Source of the DNA: Aplysia californica
Taxonomy: Eukaryota
Reading direction: 5' to 3'
Assembly (NCBI RefSeq): GCF_000002075.1
Contig: NW_004798012.1
Coordinates: 42,291-106,290, forward strand
DNA: 64,000 nucleotides
In this document: piece after piece, positions 37,901 through 52,334 of the stretch
Position numbering within the stretch: the first letter of the stretch is position 1
Layout of the letters: every line of letters begins with the position of its first letter
Notes under the pieces: model-generated
What the model saw: the letters and a program-made list of their open reading frames with translations, nothing else
Told to the model about the DNA's origin: nothing
Database searches by the model: none
Position numbers and translations under genes: made by a program

Positions 37901-40900
37901 AAGGAACCCACCTCCCATGAATACAAGCCTTTAAAAAACACATTTTAAAAATACTAAACAAAGTCCAAAAATCATGAAAAAATAAAAGTTAGAAAACTGA
38001 ATGTATGGGGTCGCAGAAAATTTAATGGACTGTAGTTTAGCATGCACATAGTAAACATATTTTCAAGTCCCGAATTTGTAAAAATAAAAGTATACACGGA
38101 AAACTCGAATTCGTCGGGACTGGCCTCGGTAGTCCGAGGGATCCGTAGTTCGGGTATCTTACAAAGATAAAGAAGAAGAAAAAATTGGACCTCAGGCACA
38201 ATTCAATGGATGCATGATTTCGAAAATTATGTATTCGACCTATCCGTGCTATACTGTATATTCTTTGTATTATGTATATATATAGAGAGAGAAATACATA
38301 ACAAAACAGATTTCCGTGTCCATCCGGTTTTGCAATTTTTTATATGTAAAACTATGGGCTTGGTAAAGAACATTGAGAGAAGAGAATTGATCATTTTTGC
38401 CTGGTATCCCACTGTATGACTGACGTGTTTGAAACCGTTGCAGGGCGAGGGAGAGTACCAGCTTCAGCGTGACCAGGGCTTCCGTGGTGCGCGACGGCCG
38501 TTCTACCGCCGCTACTACGGACCACCTCCCAGGGGCTACTACGACGGTGGTTACTACGGTTACCAAGGAGGACCACCCAGGGGAGGACCTCGCAGGCGCG
38601 GAGGAGGGAGAGGCCGTGGGGGCTTCCGCAGAGGCAGAGGCGTAAGTTGTTTACTTGCTTCATGCTTTTTAAAAAAATGTTGGTTTTTGCACACAGTGAC
38701 AAGATGAAGCTAGCTCACTTCACGTTTTTTTATTTAGGGAAAGTTATGGGAGTTTGTCGTGACATCGATGTCTGTGGTGTAGCACTTACACCCATTTTGC
38801 ATAGACAGAAGGGAATTTTTATTGAATGTCGTTCTTAATTATGTCTATTGGGGTGGGGGTGGGGGGTAATTTAATTCTACCCTTGGGTATTTTGGGGGTA
38901 TGGGTTGTTAAAGGAAGTTGTGCATGGATGTAAGGAAGTGAATTTGTTTATGTTGAGCTGAAATTCGTTTTGAGTGATTTCCTGATGATTAAAAGGGTTA
39001 ACGAAATGTTCTAATGGACTCCTCAACCCTTGACCCATGTCCGGCTCCTACACACTCTCAGATTGGGGTCTCAGGTCTGCAAAGTGATGGAAACTTGTGT
39101 ATCAGATTACTCAGTTACGTTTAGTAGGCTACAATATTATGAAAACTTACTGTTATGGTTATTCATGACATATATGCTAGCTCAGAGGGAGGGGGGGGCT
39201 CTCATGGTCGAGAGGTTACTGTGTTTGCCTTTTGTACAATGGGTCACTTGTCCGAATCTGGATAGCCACGGAAAATTTACTTCTCTAAAATGATCTCCTT
39301 TCACCTCCTTTCCTTCTCTCTTGCAATGTTCTGTTGTCTGCTTTCGTCTCCACTTTCTACCCCCACCTGCACGCTTCCTTTGCCCCCCTCCTCTGGGTTT
39401 CTGACTCTTTCTGCAGCCTTTCTACTGCTACTCCTCGGTTCTTTCTTACTGCTGTCTTCCTGCCACACCCCTAATCTTATGTTAGGTAAGATGGAACACC
39501 AGCCCTTCTCGGACTAGAGCTAAAAATCTCCCGAGGTGCCGAGTGCAATTGCGCAAGTTAAAGATTCCTTGGTGGTCCAAAATGGATAAGAATAGGCTTT
39601 GGCTGCCACCAGGGTGTGTGTTCCGCTCTCTCTTATGACCATATATGCAGTTACTAGCGCTGTAAGAAACAACTCAGAGGAAGGTGCTGGGGTTTTTTTT
39701 TATTGAGTTGAAGTTTTGGTATGTACATGAATGATTTTGCTCCAGCATTCAGAAGATGCTTAGCCTGCTAAGACCTTCTTGCACCAATGTGATCTATCAA
39801 GCATTAATGGACAGCTGTCTCCCCATAATCCTGACTCTGGAATTAAGGGATAGCAATGTATCATAGTTTATGCATTTGTTTGAAGGAATGAAACATGATT
39901 TTTATGTTCCATTTGGATGATCAAGGTATAGAATTTAGTATTTTGTCAAGTAGTCTTTTATTTGTCTGATGTTTAGAGGGCACCAGTGGTAGGTTCTACT
40001 TTTTGTTCCCTGTATTTTTGTCTTTCCTTGCTTTGTGGGTGGTTGGTGGGGGATGTGATGTTTGTTCCTTCTTTCCTATGGAATTTCTATTGCTCTTATT
40101 TCTTCTTCTTTTCTTTATATGTTTTTTTCTAGTAATACCGTATTATCTTCGGCACTTCTATAAACTTTTTGTGCTATAAAATCTTTTTTTTAAAGCCTAT
40201 ACTCATACAGTTTTTCTGAATGCTGTTTGCGATTAGTCATGTGACTGTTGATTTCTTTTCAGCAAAACCGAGACAAAGATGACGGTGCTGCTCCCAAGGC
40301 TGATGCCAGCAACGACACTGTGAAATCTGAGCCCTCATCTACCAGCGTAGAGAGTAAAGAGGACTAAACAAAAGTGTGACTTGCTCAAATGCAACGACCT
40401 AGACTGACTACCTAATGTTTTAATGTGTGTGTCCGTGTGCAATGAGACTACCCAGTGACTCGATGGAAACAACCTGACTTGAACTTAACACCCCTTCCCC
40501 CGAGTGGTTGGTTTTGGTGATCATCAGGGAACACCGGGATGGTTCTCATCTTGCTCTATCTTTGCACTTAGTAAGTAAATCTTCGTCTTTTTTTGAAACA
40601 AGCAAAAAACCCCTCCCTAAGACAAGAACACGTGACAGCCTAACAACTGACTTGACAGCTACAACAGATATTCTCAAGAGCACTAGCAGTTAAAGGAAGA
40701 AAAACAAAACACAAAAGAGAGAAATAAAGTTATTTAAGTAACTACAGATTGTGATATTTAACTTATTTATCACTTTCTCGAAAGAACTGAAAGAGATGGG
40801 AAGTAGCACATAGCAAGAAATCAAAAGAAATTATCTTCTTCTTTTTCTTTTCTTTTTTTTTTAATCACTCTCACTTTCAAACTCATCTCATTGACATTTA

Positions 40901-42035
40901 TTTTTCTATAAAATGCGACTTTGAAATCAAGACTCAATTTTAGATCAAATCAAACAAGTTACAACTATGCAATTTATATCTTGAAATATTTATATTTAGC
41001 TATTTGTACTGTTAGGGTTTCTTGAAAGGTTCCAATGTTTGAAGACAGACTCACGTTACATTTTTTGGCATAAATGTACTAGACAAAGTTATGTTTTTTA
41101 TTAGTGTTGAGCATTGTTTTCTTAAGCCAAATGCATGTGCTTATTAAAGTTTTGATAGGTCTTCAACTCCTGCTCGTTGTTCCTTTTTTTTCGTTTTCAA
41201 TTGTGGGCTATTCAGGTTCCCCTACTTTAAGTCACTTGAAACATGACCGCTTGTCAGATACGCAAGCAGGATGGATGTTTCTTGAATTTCTGAAAAATAT
41301 TATTTTCACTTGACTGGTTTCAAGACTAGATTTCAGTGATTTGCATGTTTGTATGATGGTTTTGTGTGGCAATTGGTAGCTCACATACATCGGTTGTTTT
41401 CATCAAGTGTTGTTTCAATTCCCCCCCCCCCCCCCAAAAAAAAAAGACGTAATTGCCAGCTCTGCCATGGACAGGCATGTTTGAATCATGGGAAAGCGAT
41501 CACATTCTGTGAAGTGTTCAAACCACCTTTCTCCAACTGTGTGAGCATTTCTATGATCAGGCCAGTGGGTATCTTTTAAAAAGAAAATGTAGGTGTTTTC
41601 AATGCCCCACATCAACACAATTTAGATAACTTTGGAGTAAGCTGCCAACCCTGCTTGTAGGGCCAATCTGTGCTGAGAGGGGTACTATATCCTGGCAGAT
41701 AACTGAGATACTTGATAACAATTCTCCCCTCTCAGGAATCGTACTCTTGGTTTCTTATGTGTGGCAGCAAGGTTCCTATAATAATCGATATGCCAGTGGT
41801 TACCATTTGAAATAGTGATGGACAGGACTGCACCAAGCGGTGGCCAGTGCTTCTCGCCGACCTGACCCCTGGATAAAAGGCTTCTGGTTTGTGCCGTGGC
41901 TTGTACAACTTATGGGTGATCTTTCTGTCCTACCAAACTGTACATCTTTATGTCTTCCTTATCTCTCCCACTTCTTTCTTTCCTGTTAAACATCTACCTG
42001 TATCTTCCTTATCTTTCCACCTTCTTTCCTGTCAG
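31999..42035 (+). repeat. Near-identical second copy of 21917-31898 including Y-box exons 3-8 (35936-35969, 36430-36519, 36900-37040, 37610-37735, 38444-38641, 40263-40367); probable uncollapsed haplotype
   Basis: Colinear repeat with an offset of about 10.1 kb, separated by exactly 100 N (31899-31998). Only scattered SNPs and small indels differ. It lacks exons 1-2 and the promoter. Confidence 0.95.
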
Positions 42036-42235
42036 TGGGTGGTTGGCGGGTGTTCTGGTGTGGTTTGTTCCTTTTTTCTTATAAAACATCGTCCTTATCT
42101 CTACTCCTTCTCTTTGTGTATGTTACTCTCTTGTAATAAATCTATTCTGCACTTATTATATTATTTGACCATATTGTGTTGCAAGTGCCTTAAAACTCTT
42201 ACTAATACTAAAACCTGTCATACATCTTCCTTATA

Positions 42236-43028
42236 CAGTGGAGTCCACTTATAACGAGTCCTGAAACAACGAGAAGTCTGTTATAAAGGCACTATTCTAA
42301 AACCCCGGTTTTTCTCCTTTATCTTTGTAAATAAAAAACTGCTATTGCGCAACCAGACCGTCACGCGAGTCGGTTATAACGGAATACTGCTGCTGCTGTG
42401 CACAGCGCACAGAACAATTAAACATATTTAAAAACCTTGCCAGTTGAGAAAGTTGTTGGTGATCCAGCGAAACAAAAAATGGGAGAGCCCACGCGAACCA
42501 ACAATGAAGACCGGAGTGAATGAGTGGGGAGGGTGTGACATGCGCAAACAAGCAGAACGCATCGCATGATAGGCCAGCCCAGTCTAGATTATCTAGGCAT
42601 ATCTCACTTCTCTGGTGCGGGATGGAGAGGTCACAATGCTGTGATAGGATGGAGTGAATGTGTTATGTGCGCAAGCAGACGCAACGCACCACAGGGTGTG
42701 GTGGGGTGGGGGACAACACAACGGGCAAGTTAGCCTAGAGCGAGAGCCCCTTCTTTCTGATCGCCAAGGCCGACTTATCAACATTGCTAGTGCTAGAGAA
42801 AGAAACCTGATTCGATTTTTGATCAAGTAAGATCTAGAGATCATGTTGAACAAATCATCATCAGGGGAATACAAAAAGAAATAAACAGAACACCATACTG
42901 ATACTGATAGATCAGGCCTACTTTCCTATTTCCCTTGAATTTATTACTGGATCCCTTGTAACGAGAATCCTGCTATAACGGACATTTTGCACCGGTCCCC
43001 TCCCTCTCGTTATAACAGGATTCCACTG
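42236..43028. mobile_element. MITE family A, independent copy (truncated further copy at about 43218-43640)
   Basis: Same TIRs and colinear body as 24483-25272, but diverged. Confidence 0.85.
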
Positions 43029-44869
43029 TAAATAAATCTCTCCTTTCCTGTCGAACATCCACATGTGTATCTTCCTTATCTTCCTCCTTTTTTGGGTATG
43101 ATACTCTTTTGTAACACTTCAAATCTTCAGTACATGTGCATATGTACTTTTGTGACCTAATTGTGTTGCAAGTGCCGTAAAAATTACTAAACATAAACTT
43201 GCACAACTTCAACTCTACAGAGAAGTCCACTTATAACGAGGTCTGTTATAAGTTATACACTTCTTAACTAAAACCATGTTTTTTCCCTTCTTTATTGTAA
43301 ATAAAATACTGCTATAGCGCAATCAGACAAGCACGCGAGTTGGTTATAGCACAATACATGTACATGTATTGCTGCTGCGGTGCACAGCGCACAGGCCATT
43401 GATACATAGCCTATCTATATAATAATAGTATAGAGGTAAAACCTTGGCATTTGTTGAGAAACTTGTTGGTAACTATCGAAACAAAGAATGGGAGAGCCCA
43501 CGTGTGCCAACAATGAAGGCCAGAGCGAATGTATGAGTGGGGTGGGTGTGGTACATATGTATGCACAGACAAGCAGAATGCATCGTGTGATAGGCCAGCC
43601 AAGTCCAGACTGATTATCTAGGCCTACCACTACCATGCTGAAAACCACATGGTTGTACTTAGAGTGTTTTTATGTTGAGTATGGTATGAAAGTAACGAGT
43701 ATCAGCTGCACTCGAAACAGACCACATGACAAATAATTGAAACAGTCATAACTCATTACCTGTTCTTCTCAAACCTATAAAACTATACATTTTTCTGAAA
43801 GGTAATTGAAAAACTCATATTTCTGCNNNNNNNNNNNNNNNNNNNNNNNNNNNNNNNNNNNNNNNNNNNNNNNNNNNNNNNNNNNNNNNNNNNNNNNNNN
43901 NNNNNNNNNNNNNNNNNNNNNNNNNNNNNNNNNNNNNNNNNNNNNNNNNNNNNNNNNNNNNNNNNNNNNNNNNNNNNNNNNNNNNNNNNNNNNNNNNNNN
44001 NNNNNNNNNNNNNNNNNNNNNNNNNNNNNNNNNNNNNNNNNNNNNNNNNNNNNNNNNNNNNNNNNNNNNNNNNNNNNNNNNNNNNNNNNNNNNNNNNNNN
44101 NNNNNNNNNNNNNNNNNNNNNNNNNNNNNNNNNNNNNNNNNNNNNNNNNNNNNNNNNNNNNNNNNNNNNNNNNNNNNNNNNNNNNNNNNNNNNNNNNNNN
44201 NNNNNNNNNNNNNNNNNNNNNNNNNNNNNNNNNNNNNNNNNNNNNNNNNNNNNNNNNNNNNNNNNNNNNNNNNNNNNNNNNNNNNNNNNNNNNNNNNNNN
44301 NNNNNNNNNNNNNNNNNNNNNNNNNNNNNNNNNNNNNNNNNNNNNNNNNNNNNNNNNNNNNNNNNNNNNNNNNNNNNNNNNNNNNNNNNNNNNNNNNNNN
44401 NNNNNNNNNNNNNNNNNNNNNNNNNGCGAGAGAGGGCTGCGGTGTGCTGCAGACTTCGATCTAGCCCTAAGCCTAGCTACACGCACGCGTAATGTGTCAT
44501 GCGCAGGCCTTCCACATTGCCAAAACCCCATGTTCATGGGTACTTGTGACACCAGAGAGTATTTAATATTTTATGGTCTCTGGTGACACTGACAAGGGAA
44601 ACTACCCATGAATAAATACAGCTGGATTAGTCTAGAAATGCTTACTTCTCTTGCATTTCTGATTTAACGGGGATCGGATTTAACAGGACTTTTTCTCTGG
44701 TGCCACCATCCCTGTTATATTCGATTTCCACTGTATAATATAAGGATCATCCTTCATCTGTGGGTATTTACATTTTTGAAAGGCACAGATATTGAGATTG
44801 ATGATTTTTTTTTGCTGCAGAATTCTTGACCAGGATAGCCCCATGTATGTGGGTGGTTTTTGGGTGTTC

Positions 44870-45110
44870 TGGTGTAGCAGTAGAAGAAGCTTCTCTGCGC
44901 TGTCACAGGAGACCTGAGTTCGGTTCCCTAGCCTAGAGGGGAGAAATTTTTTTTATTGAGATACTTATCTCGGTCCTTCTGCAGGGAAGTTGTGTCCCTC
45001 TCCGTTCTCAGCCTAGGTTGGCCCTGATAGGCAAGGTCACCACAAGCTGATCTCCACTAATAGAAATTATCTAAATTGTGTCGATGGAGGTGTAAATACA
45101 ACACATAAAC
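44870..45110 (+). mobile_element. Decayed SINE-like repeat, family 3 (second copy at about 45465-45660)
   Basis: Two similar copies share GGTGTAGC...ACAGGAGACC...GGGGAGAAATTTTT.ATTGAG...CTCAGCCT.GG..GGCCCTGA.AGGCA. Confidence 0.55.
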
Positions 45111-46418
45111 ATTTTCTTTTTCACATCTGTTGTGCTTATCTCTCCTCCTTCAAACTTCTTGTCTTTGTGTTACTCTCTAGTTGTAACCCCTCTAACTCTA
45201 ATCTCCAGAATACTGAGACACTCAATAAAAATTCTTTCCACTTGGTTTTCTTCATTCAACTTGATTTTGGTATCCCTTTAGTTTAGCTTAGTGCTGTTCT
45301 CTGCTCACCACTTCTGCCTAACGTCAAGAAGGGAAATGATTCTGCCATGAAAAGAAAAACAACAACAAAATGAGTTACTTTCATTTGTCCGAACAAAACA
45401 TGAGTTTTCGATCGCTTTCAGCCTGTCTGCATGCTAGAGACCACAGTTCGCTCGCACAGTTGTGTGTGGTGTAGCGCTTAGGCACTTCACTGTCGCATGA
45501 TACAGTACAGGAGTACAGGAGACCAGTAGTCTTCACTTCCCGAGTGGGGAGAAATTTTTATTGAGTATCCTGGTCTTTCTGCTGGCATGTTGTACCCTTC
45601 TCAGCCTGGGTATCGGCCCTGACAGGCAGAGTTGGAAGGGGCTTAAAAACCACATACATTGTTGAGAAAATGATAAGTAAAAAAGAGTAGTTGTTCTGGG
45701 TGGGAAGGGAGATATTATCACTGAACAGAGCAGCTGCCGAAAGGGTGTTTTGTGGCAACTTTGCCCCATATGCAGCAGTGATGTGCATCTCCAGTGGTGT
45801 TTCAGGGCGAAGTTACATTAGTTATTAGTAAAGTAAAGACCGTACAACTCAAACAGTTGGCAGTTTAATAGGGGCAAATAGTATGTTTAACACGAGACAA
45901 ACGTTCCTTTTCGTGCATAGGTGAGGTGAAACTGAAACAGAGTTTGAGTTAGACTGTAGTTGTCGCAGTGGTAAAATGAAGGGGTGAAAGTAATTTGTAA
46001 GTAAAAAAGCAAATTGTCATCGTTCAGGGTTAGCGATTTTTTAATTCTCCATAAATGAATATTTACATGTGTAGCATCTACAAAGCTGCCAAGTTTTTGT
46101 GACACACCTAGAAGGTGAAAAGGTCCTTTTTATGCATGTGCACACAATTGTATACAATTTATTTTCTTGATTTATTACCAAGAAAAGACCAGGATAATAA
46201 TAGTAATAATACAGCATTTGTGAGAGTACTCAAGCAGAGAAGTAAATGGCTCACCATGATTGGCTGCATCTGTTTCACTACAACATGCAGATTCAGATCT
46301 GACACTTGAAGGAGGTTTTAAACTCTAATAGCAAGGCAAAATAAGAATAAAGACAGTAGGCCTACCTCCACACACACACACAAAATATTCCCTGTCAGAG
46401 TTACACTTCTCTTATCTA

Positions 46419-47185
46419 CAGTAGACCATGACTATAGCGGCACCTGCTACAGCGGGACCTTACTGGAATCCCCTTTTTACTTTCTATGCAAACTCATTTA
46501 CATGTGCTCGGGTTTAACGGGGCAAGGAAAGGCCCGAACTCGGATACAGTGGGAGAGATCACGCGAGCTCTAGCTGTGGGGAAGGGGGTTGGGGGGGCTG
46601 TACGCGGGCTCCAAACAAGCAGTCAACTGTGCGGCATCGTGATTGGTCAGTTCAGTGATGAGTGAGGTGGGGTAGGCGGCAGAGAGAGATGGTGCGGAGA
46701 GACGCGTTACGTGAGCCACTCCAAAAGTGATGTGCCATAGCTTAGACGCTCAGTATGAGAGTGTATAGGCCTAGGTAAGGCCAAAAAGTAAAAGAAGAAG
46801 AGAGCATGTTGTGTGTGATTCCTGATTCACTGAATTGCGATCGTTGATGCTCATCATAAGCATACACACGCATCCACTTCACCAGTTCTACAGTAGGCCT
46901 AGGCCTAATGGTACAATAGACAGCACAAGCAACGAGACCGAGGAAAAGATGGCTTCCAACAAAGACTCCTAAATGCTTCTCACTCGAATTAATTAAAGGC
47001 AGAGATAATCAACGAAGTTGACAAGAAAAGGAAGATTAATCTAAAGTGAAAATTTTATTGATATGGAAGGGAGGTAATCATGTGGATTTTAAAGACATTT
47101 TTCTGTAATTTCCCCTTTGCATTCCTAGGGCGGGAACTCCCCTACAGCGGGATTTTTCTTCTGGAACTATAGCTATGTTCTACTA
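46419..47185. mobile_element. Tigger-like deletion derivative with a decayed transposase N-terminus
   Basis: Imperfect TIRs CAGTAGACCATGACTATAG and an internal remnant KAEIINEVDKKR at about 46996-47031. Confidence 0.6.
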
Positions 47186-48299
47186 TATAGGTAAGTTAAG
47201 CGCGTACTGGACTGTATTATATTATAGATTTAACTTTAGTAATCTGAAAAGCACAATGTAACCATAAATAAAATGGTACATTGTTCCTAGGCAGTTTAGT
47301 GAACGCACTCACAGCAGGGCGAATTGGCCACGATACGCCTTGTAGAATTTTGTGATCGGCCGTGAAGACTAGCGTTACAGTGGATCTAAACAACTCACAG
47401 TTTAGTTTCGTTTTGTCAATCGAACTATTTCCCTTCGTCAAGCTTTACTTGTTGGCGTGTTTCGCGGATTGAAGCGTGCGTTTAGAAGTGACCGTGCGTT
47501 TGTACGTCTAAATTATAAGAACCCCCCCCTCATAAGACGAAAGCATGCGTTTGAGCTGAGCGTGCTTTTGTATAGCAGGTGTTTAGGTGGAGACTACTGT
47601 AACATAGCTTTGTTCTCTGTAACTGGAATAACTTGCATGACTAAGGGCTTGTTCTATAAATCCACCTCAAGACCCATTGTGAACTCAGAGAAAAATTTGA
47701 ATTCTTTATTCCGATGATCAGTGTCATGCTTGACCTTAGTTTTGATATTTGTGAACATAAAGAGAGGTCCTTTTCAAGGCTAGGACCTGGACAGGGAAAT
47801 TCACTGCGTAAATTTGTGAAACTCAACATACTGGTACAGTCTTGCAAGAACATTGCAAACACGCTCAGAGTGTGTCAGCCTTAAATCAAACATTCATATA
47901 TCACACAGGATAAAAATAGGATTAAAAATAAGCGCTTTAATTCTAATCACAGAAATGCTTTAATTTCCACAAAGACATAAATTTTTAATTTGATTATGAT
48001 ACATGTTTATAAATGCGTATGTCTTGAATCATCACAATCAAAGACCTTTGTCGGACTGAAAATCACACTTGTAATACTTGTAAAAATGTAAAAAAGAAGA
48101 CATATGAAGACTTGAATGTTTCCCAGCGTGTTACATCTTTGTGCCATGTTGATGAGAATAAGTTATCAGCTAGGTTATTCTGTATGCACAGCCTTCTCAG
48201 ATAAAATACATCCAACCTGATCTGTGATATCACATGATCAATAATAATCTCAACAAAGTGGAACAAATCAAGAGGAACTGTCGACGAGTGTCGAGGTAA

Positions 48300-48430
48300 T
48301 TAGATGTGCCACAAACAAGAGCAACACTTGACTGGTTCGTAACAGACACCTCTCCTCTCTCCTTTGTCCAGAACTGCATTCTGCTTCACCTGGTTTATGA
48401 TCCAGAAGGGCAGAAGGACCGCAACATACA
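48300..48430 (-). CDS. Four-TM protein exon 4 (VYVAVLLPFWIINQ...GVCYEPVKCCSCLWHI-stop)
   Basis: tttctccccAG acceptor, phase 1 matches, TAA at 48302-48300. Confidence 0.85.
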
Positions 48431-49204
48431 CTGGGGAGAAATTGTCAAACATCGGATGACCAAAAAACAATACTGGTACATAGCTCACAATGACCAAAGT
48501 TACAGTTGGTCTGCTGTTCAGATATATATATTATCACTTATCAGGCCCAAAATTTGGAATTCTTTTTTCTTGAAAGTTCTTGCAGTTTCTTAATTTGAGG
48601 TATTAAGAAATATTTTGTAGAAATTCAAATTCCAAATGTTGAAACAAACAAGAAGAGATACCTACTGTCCTGTACAACTGCTAAAAGAATGAAATTATGT
48701 GAGGCATCATGGTGAAATCAGGTGCTTGTTAAAAAAAAGGAAATTGAAGAAACAAGCATTTTTCTACTTCTAGTTTTGACAACTTTTATCGTTTGACTAA
48801 ACATTTCCATGTGAATTTTACTTAAAAACATTGATTTAATGGCACAAAATATGTCAATTTTCAGTTTTCAAGGACTCCCAAGCTATAGAAGTTACCAAAC
48901 TTTGGTGGCCATGTTATTGCTAATTTTACCTCTGAAACCAAGCTACCCCAACCACCTTCAATCTTAAATATCTTGACTTCTTCTATTCTATTTTTTCATA
49001 GAAAGCAAGGAAAATGAATAAGCTTTCAGATGATGCCAATAACTCCACATGCTCAAAAATTGATGAGTGCCTGATCCACCGCGTCGTAACACATATGGTT
49101 TTTCTCCTGTAAAACTGACATGAGAAATCTTAAGATCTCCAGAAAACTTTGGAGTGAGAGTGTCTGTGGAAACAGAACACAAATACACACACAAGGGGAA
49201 ATAA

Positions 49205-49800
49205 CAGTGCTCTCGCCCAGCAACTGTGTACATCAGTGAACTGTGCTCTAGTCCAATAACTGTATGTACGTGAACTGTACTCTAGCCCAGCAACTCGGAC
49301 CTCAGTGCTTTCTTGTCGTATATCCTTTTTTTTTTAACATTAGAAATGTGACTTCTTCTTAAGCTCACTCTTTGTTAAGAATTGTTTTCACTGCTTAAAA
49401 AAATGGCGAAACAGCAAGAAAGCGATGAGGTTGCAAACTGTGTACCCATATCTGTAAACTGTGCTCTAGTCCAGCAACTGTGAATGTACGTGAACTGTGC
49501 TCTAGTCCAGCAACTGTGAATGTACGTGAACTGTGCTCTAGCCCAATAACTGTGTAGCCTACCCATATATCTGTGAACTGTGCTCTAGCCCAGCAACTGT
49601 GTATCATGTATGTGAACTGTGCTCTAGTCCAGCAACTGTGTATGTCAGTGAACTGTGCTCTAGAACAGCAACTGTGTACCCATATATGTGAACTGTACTC
49701 TAGCCCAGCAACTGTGTATGTATGAGAACTGTGCTCTAGTCCAGCAACTGTGTACCCATATGTTTGTGAATTGTGCTCTAGCCCTGCAACTTTGTATCGG
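49205..49800. repeat. Minisatellite, unit of 33-39 bp, in intron 3 of the four-TM gene
   Basis: GTGAACTGTGCTCTAG(T/C)CCAGCAACTGTG repeated more than 10 times. Confidence 0.9.
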
Positions 49801-50793
49801 TATGTCTGTGAGTGATCTCCCTCTCATTGGATATGGATTAGCCAGAGGCTCTAAAGTGGGCGGATGACGGATGATTTGGTGTAGTTTGCTCCTTTCCTCC
49901 TATCAAACATCCATCATCCTTGTCTCTCCTTCTTTTCTTTGAATGTAACATCTCTAATCTTCAGCACTTAAATGATCTAACTCAAACTGTGTTGCAAATG
50001 CTGTAAAACTCATATTAAAACTAAAGAAAAGCTAAAAAACGACTCTAAAGGTATAATTTCCAGCAAATACTTTCCTCCGCTACTGCTAGCTATACCATAA
50101 TTTCAAAGTAGCACTGCATATTTAACCGTATCCGTACGCCCTGGGGTCATTTTGTACACCCGAGGTGTATTCTTCACATTTTAGAATACTTTGTGCGAAG
50201 ATCTCTTTGAAACGTTCAGTATTTCTCAAAAAATCATTTTAACAGACTGCTATGCAAAGCGTGCGGATCGGATTAATGAGTAAATTTCCTCTTTGGAAGT
50301 GGTGGAACAGAGTTCCTCACGTCGTATGGATATGATAGTAAAACATGATATACCGATAGGGTTAACAGACTGAAAGCTGCAGTACTTCAGAGACAAGCAT
50401 TCACCAGTCACAGATGCTTCTTTTATCTCTTAGCACCAACCAAGCAGCCCTCAAAATCAAAAGGGAGCAAAGTTTTCTTGAAAAGAGTTAAATGAAAGTC
50501 CTGATCGTATGAAGATCTCCCATGTGGCTGCATGAATAGACTCGTGCGCCACATGGAGGTCCCCTGGTCGCATCATGAGGATTCCTTAACATGGTGTCTT
50601 TACGATGATCTGAAATTCAACTCTGTCAACTGACAATCAAAAACTGGTTTTTACCTGACTTAATAGCCAGAGTATGCCATTAACCAAAAAGAATTCCATT
50701 ACAATATGCTAATTAATGTCTTTTACAGAAAAATATGTGACAAGTGGCTGCATAGTACTTCTACTCTAGCTAAAGAAGAAAGTCAAAACTCAC

Positions 50794-50860
50794 CTATGGA
50801 CACACCACAGAGCACAGCCAAGGCCAAAGAAATGTCATAGAGCTCAGGCGTGCTGAAGTC
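50794..50860 (-). CDS. Four-TM protein exon 3 (DFSTPELYDISLALAVLCGVSI)
   Basis: tttttttctcAG acceptor, G|GTGAGT donor, phase 0-1. Confidence 0.85.
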
Positions 50861-52334
50861 CTGAGAAAAAAAAGTATTTATGCAAATAAATGCCTGAATT
50901 CAGTACAAATTTGTTGAAAGTGACATCCGCAAAAAGGTTTTTTCCCCCCCACTTATTGTGCTTAAAATAATTTCATAGTAAAGAGACATTCTAAAGAATT
51001 AAAGGGAGAGGCAAAAGGTTTGACAGAAACAGTTCTAAAATATTCTTATTGTCAGAATAAAATAGTGAGAAATTTTCAGAGTGGGAGAAATGATAGCAGG
51101 ACATTTCAAATCTTTGCAGAATGTTACAACACACACACACAAAATGACAAAGGGAAGAAAGATAATAACAAATAGAAGAATGCTTCTGGATTCCCAAAAG
51201 TGAATAAGACAAGGAACCTATTTTAGAAACAAAAATACAAACTGCATGGTACAGATAACTAGAGTATACATACACATTATAAAAATCTCGACCTAAGATC
51301 CCAGTCCAGTAGTCTCCGCCTAAACGCACGGTGCTCCAGAAGGCCACTAGAGCTAAGCGTTAAGCGTGTGTTTAAATGGAGCGTGCGTTTACATGAACCT
51401 GTGCACAGGGAGGAAGAGATGCAATCATCTCATGCCTTGATAATGTTGATAAGGTTAAATGAACATATTCATGCTCAGCCATATATTATATGCACTTGGA
51501 GTAGATGAGTGTCACAACAAAGGTCAAGAAATATACCCCATAAGAATCTGTTATAGTGAGACCAGAGGTTCAATATACGTGACACACACAACAACAACAT
51601 AGCTTTGCTCATCACAACTAATCAGCTGTTCCGTGAACTTCAACAGCCTGGGCTGGCCAATGCAGCCAAATGAAATAATCAAAAATGTTAGTTTTTTCTC
51701 CAGTCCAGAGGTTTTCACAAAGCATGCTCCGTATCGTCTGCAATAAATGTACTATGCCCAGAACGCTAAATTTTTCTAGAGAGAGAGAAAAAACTGTTTC
51801 ATTATTTAAACAACTGTACCTTTATGTTATAAATGTATCTGTTCTTGCTTTTTTCAACATTAGGAATTTGAATTTTGACAAAATATTTCTTCGGCACATG
51901 CAACTGATACAACAGATTAACTCCTTATTTCCGGCAAGTAGCTCCTAGCGCCTCGTGGTCAGGATCACTGTGCCGATGAGCCGCTGGCAGCGGCTTGGGC
52001 ACATTCCTTTACAATGACTTCGACATCAAATTATTTTTTGGAAATTCCCCCAAAACAGGTCTCTCTTACCAGGAGTTTATTCATTAGATGAAGAACTATC
52101 AAAATAGATTCACTAATCACTTGTTTTGATTTAAGGATCCGTTTAGTGAAGTGTTTGTCATGTTCAGATTTTGTACCAGGGGTTTACTCCCCTCGGAGAT
52201 AAAGAGTTAAGTAACTACAGTAAAAAAATGTTCCAAACTGTAGGCTTGATACATTTTGACAGTTGGCCAAAGATAGGATTGTGCTCCCCTCCACAGCACA
52301 TCCTCCAATCTCTAATTTGTCTGTCACAACTCAC

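Noticed and set aside
31999-42035. A second functional Y-box paralog
   Set aside because: It lacks the promoter and exons 1-2, is near-identical even in introns and transposons, and begins at a 100-N gap.
49205-49800. 33-39-bp repeat array as a CRISPR or regulatory array
   Set aside because: The intervening bases are short and themselves repetitive, so this is an ordinary intronic minisatellite.
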